NCBI GenBank assembly: GCA_947446605.1
Contig: CANFHJ010000003.1
Location: 1 to 60,831 of the forward strand
DNA length: 60,831 nucleotides
From: Bacteroidota bacterium
GTDB lineage: Bacteria > Bacteroidota > Bacteroidia > UKL13-3
Direction: 5' to 3'
The position numbers and the translations under genes were made by a program. This document shows, piece by piece, positions 1-9,045 of the stretch (position 1 is its first letter; every line of letters starts with the position of its first letter). The notes under the pieces were generated by a model. It searched no databases and had not been told where the DNA came from. It worked only from the letters and a program-made list of their open reading frames with translations.

Positions 1-411
1 ACCTATAATGATACCAACAAAGAAGAGTTAATGGCAGAAGCAAAAGTGAATGTAATGGAATTGCTTAAACGCAGCATTCGCCCTGAGTTTTTAAATAGGA
101 TAGACGATGTAATTATGTTCACGCCATTGAGCCGAGAGGATGTAAGAAGCATTGTAGATATTCAATTAAAAGATATCAAAGAGAAATTGATGGAACAGGG
201 AATTGTTTTTACTGCTAAGGAAGAAGCCTTAGATTGGTTGGCACAATTGGGTTATGATCCACAATACGGAGCAAGACCTTTGAAACGTGTATTGCAAAGG
301 AAAATTCTGAATGAATTGTCTAAAGAAATTCTTTCTGGAACCATCAAAAAAGATTCCGAAATAGAATTGATTTTAGACAAAAGCAATCAATTGGTATTTC
401 TCAATAAATAA
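1..411 (+). CDS. clpB: ClpB chaperone, C-terminal fragment (5' end outside window)
   Basis: The frame is open from base 1 (TYNDTNKEEL precedes the track Met at 31). It has Clp D2-small-domain motifs FLNRIDDVIMFTPL and GYDPQYGARPLKRVLQ. A strong hairpin terminator follows. Confidence 0.85.
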   Translation, partial: TYNDTNKEELMAEAKVNVMELLKRSIRPEFLNRIDDVIMFTPLSREDVRSIVDIQLKDIKEKLMEQGIVFTAKEEALDWLAQLGYDPQYGARPLKRVLQRKILNELSKEILSGTIKKDSEIELILDKSNQLVFLNK

Positions 412-443
412 AAAAAGCCCCGCCATTTGGCGGGGCTTTTTTT
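411..443. terminator. Bidirectional intrinsic terminator between convergent clpB and the methyltransferase gene
   Basis: Stem AGCCCCGCC (416-424), loop ATTT, stem GGCGGGGCT (429-437). An A-tract lies upstream and a T7 tract downstream. Confidence 0.8.
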
Positions 444-463
444 ATATCAAAATGTCTGCTGTG

Positions 464-1717
464 CTATGCGCTTAAATCGTTTTCAGGATTGTTTAAATTT
501 TCTAAGGCCAATTTCTTTTTATCTCTGGTACCTTTGTAAATCTCAAATTTGTGGTAACGGCATTCTAAAGCACCATTATACAACTGAATCTTTTTAGAAG
601 GTGCCAAGCCAGTCATTTTTAAGGCCGCTATATTTGATGAAATTACCCATACATCATAGCCGTCAAATTCATTTTTCATTTGGTCTCCCATCATTTTATA
701 AAAGGCACCAATTTCATCAATTGGTAAACGTTCGCCATAAGGTGGGTTTATAACCATGAGTCCGCCACCGGCAGGACCTTTAACTTCTTCAAAACGTTTA
801 TTACTTACTTTAATGTCTTCATCCAAACCTGCACGCGTTATGTTCTCGCGGCTAATATCAATGGCCTTAAAGGTTTTGTCCGAACCAATTATGTTTGCTT
901 TAGATTCTTTTATTGCTGCAATGGCATCTTCTCTTACCTGAGAGAAAATCATAGGGTCGAAATTTTTCCAGCGCTCAAAACCAAATTGTGCGCGCTTTAA
1001 ATTTGGCGGCATGTTTTTAGCAATCATGGCTGCTTCAATGAGCAAAGTACCACTACCACACATTGGGTCGTAATAATTTCCTTCCCCATTCCAACCTGTA
1101 AGCATAATCATTCCAGCCGCTGTAACCTCATTAATGGGGGCTAAAGTGCTATCTGTTCTATAACCTCTTCTATGCAAAGATTCCGCAGAGCTGTCTAAAG
1201 AAACAGTAACCTCATCATTGTTAATGTGAATGTCTATACTTAAATCTGGGTGCGTTAAATCAATGCTTGGGCGTTCGCCAAATTTCTCTCTAAATTGGTC
1301 AACAATGGCATCCTTTGATTTTAGCGAAACATATTGCGAATGTGTAAAGAAATCACTTCTTAAGCTGGTATGAATTACCAATCGGCCATCCTTTTCAAGA
1401 TACTCTCCCCAATTTATTTTTTTGATGCCGTCATACAATTGGGTTTCATCATTTGCCCTAAATTTATTGATTGGAATCAAAACTTTAAGCGCTGTTCTTA
1501 AGCATAAATTTGCCCTGTACATTAAGGCTAAATCGCCCTCAAAGCTAACGGCGCGGTTATGTGCCAATACATTTTGGGCACCTAAATTATTTAATTCTTC
1601 TACTAATATTTGTTCTAACCCAAATTGGGTTTTGGCCACCATGGCGAAAGTTGCGTTCAAATTCTCTACTATTTTATGCTGCAAAGTTAAACGAATAAAC
1701 TGAATAGCCATAGGCAA
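464..1717 (-). CDS. THUMP-domain class I SAM-dependent RNA methyltransferase (RlmL/YpsC-like)
   Basis: N-terminal THUMP-like region (MVAKTQFGLEQILVEEL), a SAM-binding region (DPMCGSGTLLIEAA) and an NPPY catalytic motif (VINPPYGERL). The track start at 1717 is TTG; ATG at 1711 or 1645 are alternatives. Confidence 0.8.
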   Translation of the reverse strand: MPMAIQFIRLTLQHKIVENLNATFAMVAKTQFGLEQILVEELNNLGAQNVLAHNRAVSFEGDLALMYRANLCLRTALKVLIPINKFRANDETQLYDGIKKINWGEYLEKDGRLVIHTSLRSDFFTHSQYVSLKSKDAIVDQFREKFGERPSIDLTHPDLSIDIHINNDEVTVSLDSSAESLHRRGYRTDSTLAPINEVTAAGMIMLTGWNGEGNYYDPMCGSGTLLIEAAMIAKNMPPNLKRAQFGFERWKNFDPMIFSQVREDAIAAIKESKANIIGSDKTFKAIDISRENITRAGLDEDIKVSNKRFEEVKGPAGGGLMVINPPYGERLPIDEIGAFYKMMGDQMKNEFDGYDVWVISSNIAALKMTGLAPSKKIQLYNGALECRYHKFEIYKGTRDKKKLALENLNNPENDLSA

Positions 1718-1735
1718 ATGGCTGATGGGCCTTTG

Positions 1736-3142
1736 TTATTGTAATTCAAATTTTTCGTGGAGGTAAGGAATATGTATATTTTGATAACCCTTTTCCATGA
1801 GTTTTTTCTTAAAAATATCCTGTGTTTTTACCTCGCCATGTACTAAAAATATTTCTCTTATTTTTTTAGGATTTTGACAAGCAAGCCATTTTAAAATTTC
1901 CTCATAATCTGCATGGGCACTATAATAATCCAACTTTTTTATTTGTGCCTTTACAGCGTATTCTTCTCCAAAAATGCGCACTAATTTTTCGCCATTTTTT
2001 AATTTGCCGCCCAAACTTTCTGGGGTGCAATACCCAACAAACAAAATGGTATTGTTTGGGTTCTCAATATTGTTACTAATATGGTGCTTTATTCTTCCTG
2101 CCTCTGCCATGCCGCTTGCCGAAATAATTATGCAAGGTTCTTCCAATGAGTTGAGGGCTTTAGACATTTCTAAATCGCTCACATAAGTTAAATTTTTAAA
2201 TCCAAAAGGGTCGGGGTCTTTGTGCACATATTCCATAAATTCTTCCCTGTAACATTCCTGGTGTTTGCGCATTACATCCGTTGCTTTAACAGAAAGCGGA
2301 CTGTCAACAAATACCTTAATATTAGGCATTCTACCTTCATTAACTGCTTTGTCTAATAGGTAAATAATTTCTTGGGTACGGTCAACACTAAATGCAGGTA
2401 TTATTAACTTGCCTTTGTTGTTAACGCATGTTTCTGTGATTATAGAAAACAGTTCTTTTTCTGCATCTCCAATTATAGCATGTAACCTATCGCCATAAGT
2501 GCTTTCACAAATTAAATAATCACATTGCGGAAATGCTTGAGGGTCTCTTAAAATGGAATCGTTGTAACGCCCAATATCGCCAGAAAATGCAATTTTTATT
2601 CGTTTGTTGTTGGCAGATTTAATGTCCAAATTTACACAAGCACTGCCCAGTAAATGTCCTGCATCTGTAAAGGTCAATTTTATTTCACTGTCTATTTTTA
2701 ATTCCTCCTCATAATCCAATACCTCCATAAGGGAAAGGGCCTTCTCCACATCTTCCATTTCATAAAGAGGCTCAATGGCAACTAGGTCTTTTTTTAATCT
2801 TCGTTTGTTTACGTATTTTAAATCAGCTGTTTGAATATGAGCAGAATCTGCCAACATTATTTCACATAAACTTTTAGTGGCTGGCGTGCAAAAAATAAGG
2901 CCATTAAAACCTTCCTTAACAAGTCGTGGAATTAATCCACTGTGGTCAATATGTCCATGAGATAATATTAAATAATCTATGTCTTTCGGGTCGAACCCAA
3001 AATGCCTGTTTAAATCATCTCTTTGTTGAATATGGCCTTGAACCAAACCGCAATCTAAAAGAATTTTAGTGCCATTTAGCGTGGTAATTAAGTGCTTACT
3101 CCCTGTAACCATTTGGGCTGCACCAAAAAATTGTATATCCAT
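1736..3142 (-). CDS. MBL-fold metallo-hydrolase, beta-CASP / RNA-specificity-domain family (RNase J/CPSF-like)
   Basis: Metallo-beta-lactamase motif SHGHIDHSG, a CESTYG beta-CASP motif, and a C-terminal HGE motif. Length 468 aa. Confidence 0.8.
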   Translation of the reverse strand: MDIQFFGAAQMVTGSKHLITTLNGTKILLDCGLVQGHIQQRDDLNRHFGFDPKDIDYLILSHGHIDHSGLIPRLVKEGFNGLIFCTPATKSLCEIMLADSAHIQTADLKYVNKRRLKKDLVAIEPLYEMEDVEKALSLMEVLDYEEELKIDSEIKLTFTDAGHLLGSACVNLDIKSANNKRIKIAFSGDIGRYNDSILRDPQAFPQCDYLICESTYGDRLHAIIGDAEKELFSIITETCVNNKGKLIIPAFSVDRTQEIIYLLDKAVNEGRMPNIKVFVDSPLSVKATDVMRKHQECYREEFMEYVHKDPDPFGFKNLTYVSDLEMSKALNSLEEPCIIISASGMAEAGRIKHHISNNIENPNNTILFVGYCTPESLGGKLKNGEKLVRIFGEEYAVKAQIKKLDYYSAHADYEEILKWLACQNPKKIREIFLVHGEVKTQDIFKKKLMEKGYQNIHIPYLHEKFELQ

Positions 3143-3281
3143 AGAGCAATATCTCCTTTAATTTTCGGAAATCAGTGAATAAACAAAAAAATGAAATAAA
3201 ATATCCACGAAAGTCACATACATTTGTTGATTACATCATAAAGTTGTTTTTTGCAACATTAAATAATCAGATTAAGGAATT

Positions 3282-3893
3282 ATGCATTTAGCTATCGCAG
3301 GAAATATTGGTTCGGGAAAAACCACGTTAACCACATTGCTTTCTAAACATTATAAGTTTGAGCCACACTACGAAAACGTGGAGAACAATCCTTATATATC
3401 TGATTTTTATGAAGACATGCAGCGTTGGAGCTTCAATCTTCAAATTTTCTTCTTAAATGAACGCTACAGTTCATTGTTACAATTACAAAAATCAAAAAAG
3501 AATATCATTCAAGATCGCACCATTTATGAGGATGCCCATATTTTTGCGCCGAACCTACATAGTATGGGTCTGATGAGTTCACGTGATTTTGAAACTTACC
3601 AAAAATTATTTGATTCAATTAGCCAAACCGTTAAACCGCCAGATTTGATGGTCTATCTTCGTGCTTCTATTCCTCATTTGGTAAACAATATCCAAAAACG
3701 TGGTCGCGAATATGAAGACAGTATCCGTTTGGATTATTTGCGCAGGTTAAACGAACGCTACGAAGCATGGATTACCAGTTACAAGCCTCGTCATATCATT
3801 ATTGAAGTAGATGATATGAACTTTGCCGAAAATTCAGAACACCTAGGAAATATTATATCGCGCATCGAAGGGGAAGTGAATGGCTTATTTTAA
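3282..3893 (+). CDS. Deoxynucleoside kinase (dAK/dGK family)
   Basis: P-loop AGNIGSGKTTL, a DRTIYED motif and a LID-like RGREYE motif. Length 203 aa. Confidence 0.85.
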   Translation: MHLAIAGNIGSGKTTLTTLLSKHYKFEPHYENVENNPYISDFYEDMQRWSFNLQIFFLNERYSSLLQLQKSKKNIIQDRTIYEDAHIFAPNLHSMGLMSSRDFETYQKLFDSISQTVKPPDLMVYLRASIPHLVNNIQKRGREYEDSIRLDYLRRLNERYEAWITSYKPRHIIIEVDDMNFAENSEHLGNIISRIEGEVNGLF

Positions 3894-3895
3894 TT

Positions 3896-3923
3896 AGTCC
3901 ATAGTCCAAAGTTGATAGACCAT
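3896..3923. repeat. REP-like unit, left arm (AGTCCATAGT ... GATAGACCAT)
   Basis: AGTCCATAGT (3896-3905) is identical to 14687-14696. CCATAGTC...GATAGACCAT is an imperfect inverted copy of ATGGTCCATCGACTATGG at 4030-4047 and 4080-4097. Confidence 0.55.
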
Positions 3924-3942
3924 ATTTTAATAGTTATTAAAT

Positions 3943-3972
3943 AAAAAAGCCTGCAGATGCAGGCTTTTTTAT
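3943..3972. terminator. Bidirectional intrinsic terminator between convergent dNK and SDR genes
   Basis: Stem GCCTGC (3949-3954), loop AGAT, stem GCAGGC (3959-3964). It is flanked by A6 upstream and T6 plus further T-runs downstream. Confidence 0.75.
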
Positions 3973-4010
3973 TTTTATTTTTTTTAGAAAAAAATCATTA
4001 AACGCTCAAT

Positions 4011-4106
4011 AATAAATAAGCTATAGTCTATGGTCCATCGACTATGGGCTTCAGCTCAGGAATAAATAAGCTATAGTCTATGGTCCATCGACTATGGGCT
4101 TCAGCT
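4011..4106. repeat. Perfect tandem direct repeat, 46-bp unit at 50-bp period, 2 copies
   Basis: AATAAATAAGCTATAGTCTATGGTCCATCGACTATGGGCTTCAGCT occurs at 4011-4056 and again at 4061-4106, 46/46 identical. The last 2 nt of copy 2 fall in the SDR stop codon. Confidence 0.95.
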
Positions 4107-4893
4107 ATAAAGAACCAGTACGACCACCATCTACAGGAACATTAATTCCAGTGATATAGGCCGCATAAGGGCTAGCCAGAAAACATGCTGCGTAAGCAAT
4201 TTCAACTGGTTCGGCAAAGCGGCCCATTGGAATTTCAGCCAACATTTCATGGTTTACATCTTCAATGCTTTCATTTTGTTTTTGGGCTTTACCTTCAATA
4301 ATTTGTTTTAACCGATCTGTTCCAGTTGCACCAGGTAAAATATTATTAACAGTAATTCCCATTGGCGCTAATTCTGTTGCCAGCGTTTTACTCCAACTAG
4401 CAACTGCTCCCCTAATGGTATTTGATACACCTAAGCCGCGCAATGGAATTTTAACACTGGTAGAAATAATATTAATGATACGGCCGTAGCCACTTTGTTT
4501 CATGCCATTTACAACGCCTTGAACCAAATAATGACTGCTCAACAAATGGGCGTTAAATGCATTTACAAATTCTTCTTCTTTTGCACCTAATACTGGTCCT
4601 GGGCCTGGGCCACCACTATTGTTTATTAATATTTGATAAGAATAATGTGCTTGCACTTTTTCTTCAATGGCAGCTTTAACTTGTTCTGGTTTGCTGAAAT
4701 CTGCCACCAAAAAATCATGTTTCTGGCCTTCCTCGGCATGTAAATCTCTTACTACTCTTTCTAATAAAGCACCATTTCTGGCCATCATGGTAACATTAGC
4801 GCCCAAAAGGGCCAATTGTTTGGCAATGGCATAGCCAATTCCCTTTGTGCTTCCGCATACTAAGGCGTTTTTGCCTTTTAAATCAATAATCAT
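4105..4893 (-). CDS. SDR-family protein with a degenerate catalytic tetrad (BKR-like SDR-like)
   Basis: Rossmann motif CGSTKGIGYAIA and an NNSGG motif. It aligns without gaps to FabG across the active site, but YxxxK is replaced by SNTIR. Confidence 0.8.
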   Translation of the reverse strand: MIIDLKGKNALVCGSTKGIGYAIAKQLALLGANVTMMARNGALLERVVRDLHAEEGQKHDFLVADFSKPEQVKAAIEEKVQAHYSYQILINNSGGPGPGPVLGAKEEEFVNAFNAHLLSSHYLVQGVVNGMKQSGYGRIINIISTSVKIPLRGLGVSNTIRGAVASWSKTLATELAPMGITVNNILPGATGTDRLKQIIEGKAQKQNESIEDVNHEMLAEIPMGRFAEPVEIAYAACFLASPYAAYITGINVPVDGGRTGSL

Positions 4894-4964
4894 TGAACAA
4901 AAATAGGCAATTTTCTAAATGTTTATTCCATATAACTTATTCGATAAACGTATTAAATTGCGCC

Positions 4965-6965
4965 ATGCACTTTTTGTACCCAAGTTTTCTGTTTGCATTG
5001 TTTTTGGTAACCATCCCCATTATCATTCATTTATTTAATTTTCGTCGTTATAAGAAAATTGTTTTCAGCGATATCCGGTTCTTAAAAAGTTTGGTAGAGC
5101 AAAATAAAAAGCAGCAAAGCATCAAGCAATGGTTGCTTTTGCTTTGCAGAATATTGGCCATAGCATTTTTGGTTTTTGCCTTTGCCCAACCTTACGTTCC
5201 GAACCAAGAATCACAAAAAAATAATAGCAATTATTGGGTAAGTGTTTATTTAGACAATAGCTTTTCTATGACCGCCAATAGCAAGGATGGTACTTTGTTA
5301 GAATTGGCAAAAAATAAAGCAAAAGAAATTGTTGAAGCCTATAAGGAAAATGACCAGTTTCAATTACTCACCAACGATTTTGAAGGGAAACATCAGCGGT
5401 TTTTAAATAAAAAAGATTTTTTACAGGCCCTCGAACAGGTGAAGGAAAGTTCTGTTCATCGCAATTTTGAAGAAATACACAACAGACAAATTTCATTAGG
5501 ATTGCAGCAGGGGAGTATCAATGGGCAGCTTTATTGGATTTCTGATTTTCAGAAAAACATGCAAACTTCCAATTGGAAAAGAGATTCTCTCAATCAATTG
5601 TTTTTGCTTCCTGTGAATGGCAATTTTCAGCAAAATGTTTGGATAGATTCTGCCTGGTTTGTTGATCCAATTGTGAAAATTGGAAACCAAAATAAAATCA
5701 AAGTACGCATTCAAAATCAAAGTGAAATTAATTTTGAAAACCAAGCCTTGGCCTTAAAAGTAGATGGTGTTCAAAAGGCCATTCAAACGGTTTCTTGCTT
5801 GCCTGGTCAAAGCACAGAAGTATTGATAAATCTTACATTGAGCGATTTTAATTGGCATGGAATAGAATTGTCCATAACAGATTATCCCATCGTTTTCGAT
5901 GATTCTTATTTCCTTTCGGTTCGAGCCAAAGCTTTTGCAAATGTGCTCCTGCTTACAGACGAGACAGAAATCAACGCATTTAAAAACGTGTATGCCGTTG
6001 ATCCGTTTTATCACTTGAAAATTACTTCCATTGGACAAATAAATTTTGAAGAATTTGCACAGCAATCACTTATCATATTAAATGAACCCAAGCAAATTGG
6101 TTCGGGCCTTAGTGCAGAATTATTAAAATATGTAAAAGCGGGTGGCCAATTATTATTTGTGCCAAGCTCAATTCCCACAGACCTTTCAAGCATTAGACAA
6201 TTTACTACTGAATTGGGATTTAATTTGAACCAATTTACAAAGCAAAATGTTCAAATTTCAAAAATTGAAAGCAAAGATCCTTTGTTTGCAAAAGTGTTTT
6301 CAAAAGTTCCAGAATTGGCAAATTTACCAACTTGTAGTGAATGGTGGCAAATAGAAAGCCCAGGCCTCAGAACGCTAATTCAGTTCAATAACGACCAGCC
6401 ATTTTTAGCTAAAATAAACAAAGGTGCTGGTCAATGTTATATTAGCAGCAGTTCTTTTAATGGCAATGTGAATACCCTCTGTAAACAGGCCCTTTTTGTG
6501 CCTATTATGCTCAATATGCCTTTGCAAAGTGGCACTAAGAATTTTGCAAGTTTTACACTTGGGCAGCAAAGTCCCTTTCAATTTGAAGCCAATAATTCAC
6601 AGAAGATTTTTAGCCTGCAAATGGGGAAACTAAATCATTTATTTGAGGCCAAAATCAATGGAAATATTGGATATGCGCAACTAAATGGCCAATTGCAAAC
6701 TGCTGGTGTTTATAATTTGTTGGAGTCAAATCAACTACAATCTAAGCTGGCCTTTAACTATGCTCGTTCAGAATCTTATCAAGGGTTTTTAGCTACAGAT
6801 AATTTGGAAAATGAATGGGGGGCGCAAGTAATTGATAAGGATATGAAAGTACTAAAAGCAAAAATCGAAAAAGAAACACAGGGCATACATTATTGGCGCT
6901 GGGCCCTTACATTAGCCCTGCTTTTCTTGTTTTTAGAAATGGCAATTATCCGTTGGATGAAATAA
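4965..6965 (+). CDS. BatA/aerotolerance N-terminal-domain membrane protein
   Basis: MHFLYPSFLFALFLVTIPIIIHLFNFRR is the typical BatA N-terminal TM motif, so I start at ATG 4965 rather than the track start 4893, which abuts the divergent SDR start codon (4891-4893). There is a C-terminal TM anchor (LTLALLFLFLEMAII). Confidence 0.7.
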   Translation: MHFLYPSFLFALFLVTIPIIIHLFNFRRYKKIVFSDIRFLKSLVEQNKKQQSIKQWLLLLCRILAIAFLVFAFAQPYVPNQESQKNNSNYWVSVYLDNSFSMTANSKDGTLLELAKNKAKEIVEAYKENDQFQLLTNDFEGKHQRFLNKKDFLQALEQVKESSVHRNFEEIHNRQISLGLQQGSINGQLYWISDFQKNMQTSNWKRDSLNQLFLLPVNGNFQQNVWIDSAWFVDPIVKIGNQNKIKVRIQNQSEINFENQALALKVDGVQKAIQTVSCLPGQSTEVLINLTLSDFNWHGIELSITDYPIVFDDSYFLSVRAKAFANVLLLTDETEINAFKNVYAVDPFYHLKITSIGQINFEEFAQQSLIILNEPKQIGSGLSAELLKYVKAGGQLLFVPSSIPTDLSSIRQFTTELGFNLNQFTKQNVQISKIESKDPLFAKVFSKVPELANLPTCSEWWQIESPGLRTLIQFNNDQPFLAKINKGAGQCYISSSSFNGNVNTLCKQALFVPIMLNMPLQSGTKNFASFTLGQQSPFQFEANNSQKIFSLQMGKLNHLFEAKINGNIGYAQLNGQLQTAGVYNLLESNQLQSKLAFNYARSESYQGFLATDNLENEWGAQVIDKDMKVLKAKIEKETQGIHYWRWALTLALLFLFLEMAIIRWMK

Positions 6966-7074
6966 AATTTAGTCTAAATTTTGCCTTTCTTTTAAATAGA
7001 TTCACGGAAAAGACAATCTATTCAATAAAATTCTTATATTTGCTCAAAGCCATTTTACAGCAAATTTTTCTCGG

Positions 7075-8352
7075 ATGAAGTTATTAATCAGCAACGTACA
7101 GGTTTGTGATCTTCAATCGCCCTTCCACGGCAAAACCTGCGATATTTTGGTCAATGGCGGAAGCATTGAGCAGATTTTTCCTTCTTCAAAGAAGCATTTT
7201 TTACCGTTACCAAAATCTATCAAACACTTTGAAGGCAAAGGGCAATTGATTTTCCCTGGCCTATTTGATTTGCGAGCAGATTTTTGTGATCCAGGCTTTG
7301 AATACAAAGAGGATTTAGCGAGCGGTGCCGCAACTGCAATCAACGGAGGCTTTACTGATGTGGCCCTTTTACCATCAACAGATCCTTGCAGAGACACCAA
7401 AATTGGCATCGATTATGTGGTAAACCAAAGCAAAGATTTACCCATTAATTTGCATGCTTACGGTGCTTTGAGCCAGCACAGAGAAGGCAAAGAATTGGCA
7501 GAATATTTTGACATGAAGTCTGCTGGTGCTGTTGGTTTTACAGATGGTAACAGGCCTCTGGCAAACGCTGGTTTGTTGCTCCGTGCCCTGCTTTACAATA
7601 AAATTTTTGATGGCCTTTGTGTTGTTCTTCCCAATGATCCTTATATCAGCGAAGGGGGAATTATGCATGAAGGAAATACCAGCACCTTATTGGGTTTAAA
7701 AGGTATTCCATCTCTAGCGGAAGAACTGATGGTTCACCGAGATATTGAATTGGTTAAATATACAGGAGGCAAATTGCATTTTTCTGCAATTACCAGCAAG
7801 ACTTCGGTTGAATTAATTAGAAAAGCGAAAAAACAAGGTTTAAGAATTACGGCAGATGTAGCTTTTGCCAACCTTTGTTATACAGATACGCAATTGATGG
7901 ATTACGACGCAAACTTTAAATTAGTGCCACCACTCAGAAGCAAACAAGACCAAAAAGCTTTATGGGAAGGTATTCAAGATGGCACCATTGATGCAATAGT
8001 AAGTAACCACCAACCTCAAAATAAGGAAAACAAAGAAGTTGAATTTGAATATGCATTGCCAGGAATGATCGGCTTGCAAACAATGTTACCTATTCTAATT
8101 CAAAACAAACCAACTCACATAGATTTAGAAAAAATCATAGCAGCATTAAGTATAGGACCTCGCAGTGTTTTAAAAGTTAGCCCAGTGGCAATTGAGGTTC
8201 ATTCAAACTCCTTTGTTTTATATCACCCTACAAAAAATTGGGTCTACAAAAACAACATTTCTAAATCAGAAAATTCACCCCTACTTCAGCAAAAAATACA
8301 AGGTGCCATCACCCTTATTTCTTGTAAAAATAAAATACATACACCCAATTAA
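7075..8352 (+). CDS. Dihydroorotase-like amidohydrolase-fold protein, predicted non-catalytic
   Basis: Collinear with class I DHOase (FPGLFDL..., FTDGN, IPSLAE, VPPLRS, DGTIDAIVSNH). The metal ligands are replaced: HxH to RAD, AHCED to VLPND, HVCH to HFSA, TDHAPH to SNHQPQ. Confidence 0.75.
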   Translation: MKLLISNVQVCDLQSPFHGKTCDILVNGGSIEQIFPSSKKHFLPLPKSIKHFEGKGQLIFPGLFDLRADFCDPGFEYKEDLASGAATAINGGFTDVALLPSTDPCRDTKIGIDYVVNQSKDLPINLHAYGALSQHREGKELAEYFDMKSAGAVGFTDGNRPLANAGLLLRALLYNKIFDGLCVVLPNDPYISEGGIMHEGNTSTLLGLKGIPSLAEELMVHRDIELVKYTGGKLHFSAITSKTSVELIRKAKKQGLRITADVAFANLCYTDTQLMDYDANFKLVPPLRSKQDQKALWEGIQDGTIDAIVSNHQPQNKENKEVEFEYALPGMIGLQTMLPILIQNKPTHIDLEKIIAALSIGPRSVLKVSPVAIEVHSNSFVLYHPTKNWVYKNNISKSENSPLLQQKIQGAITLISCKNKIHTPN

Positions 8353-9024
8353 ATGAAAGAATTAAATCCAGCACAAATATCGGTAAGCGCTAGTTTAGCT
8401 GCCCTTGTACACAGTTTTATTGGCAAAGAAAATGCAGCCAAATTAGTTGAAGAAATTGCCGTTATTATTCAAAATGATCACCTTGATTTTTTAGAACGAA
8501 ATAAGCAATTAGACAATTGGTTGACCAATAATCCTGCCTGTGAGGTTTTAGGTGATGTGTTATTTGACTTACTTATGGTTCAGTTTCTTTCAGCAGAAAT
8601 GCACGATGAAGAATATTTTGATTCTCCAGAATGGAACGAAATTGAAAACAAAACCCTCGACCGAGGTTCGGAGATGTTAAATTTGTTTTTATACCTCAGT
8701 GAGGCACGTGAGACAGAAGTAGAAGTGAGCTTAGAAGATTTTCTAAATGAGTTTTTATTGGTGGGAGAAGACGAATTCCAAGATGAATACAGAATTTATG
8801 AAAGTCTTATTGTAAATGAAGATTTAATTGAAGCTAATTTAGAAGCTATTAAAAACATTCAAAAAACAGTTAAGCCGGATACGGGTCTCCAAGATTATTT
8901 CGTTTCATTGGTGCTATTCTTTCAAGCTGCAGAAGGTGTTGGAACACAGGAAGAGTTAACAGTAGGTTTAGATGCATTTGAATTAGCAATACTACAAGGC
9001 ATGTTGGCATTTCACCAAAACTAA
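8353..9024 (+). CDS. Hypothetical strongly acidic protein
   Basis: 223-aa ORF whose ATG directly abuts the TAA of the upstream gene. By hand count it has about 45 Asp/Glu against about a dozen Lys/Arg. No motif recognised. Confidence 0.6.
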   Translation: MKELNPAQISVSASLAALVHSFIGKENAAKLVEEIAVIIQNDHLDFLERNKQLDNWLTNNPACEVLGDVLFDLLMVQFLSAEMHDEEYFDSPEWNEIENKTLDRGSEMLNLFLYLSEARETEVEVSLEDFLNEFLLVGEDEFQDEYRIYESLIVNEDLIEANLEAIKNIQKTVKPDTGLQDYFVSLVLFFQAAEGVGTQEELTVGLDAFELAILQGMLAFHQN

Positions 9025-9045
9025 AAATTACAGTCTCTTATTTAA

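Noticed and set aside
4893-4964. 24-codon N-terminal extension of the BatA-like ORF (MNKNRQFSKCLFHITYSINVLNCA). The analogous track extensions are 13342-13404 (recombinase), 38271-38309 (lipoprotein), 18748-18810 (secE) and 48626-48646 (yggS).
   Set aside because: The extensions overlap neighbouring genes, terminators or tRNAs, and they precede Met codons that give canonical family N-termini or signal peptides.
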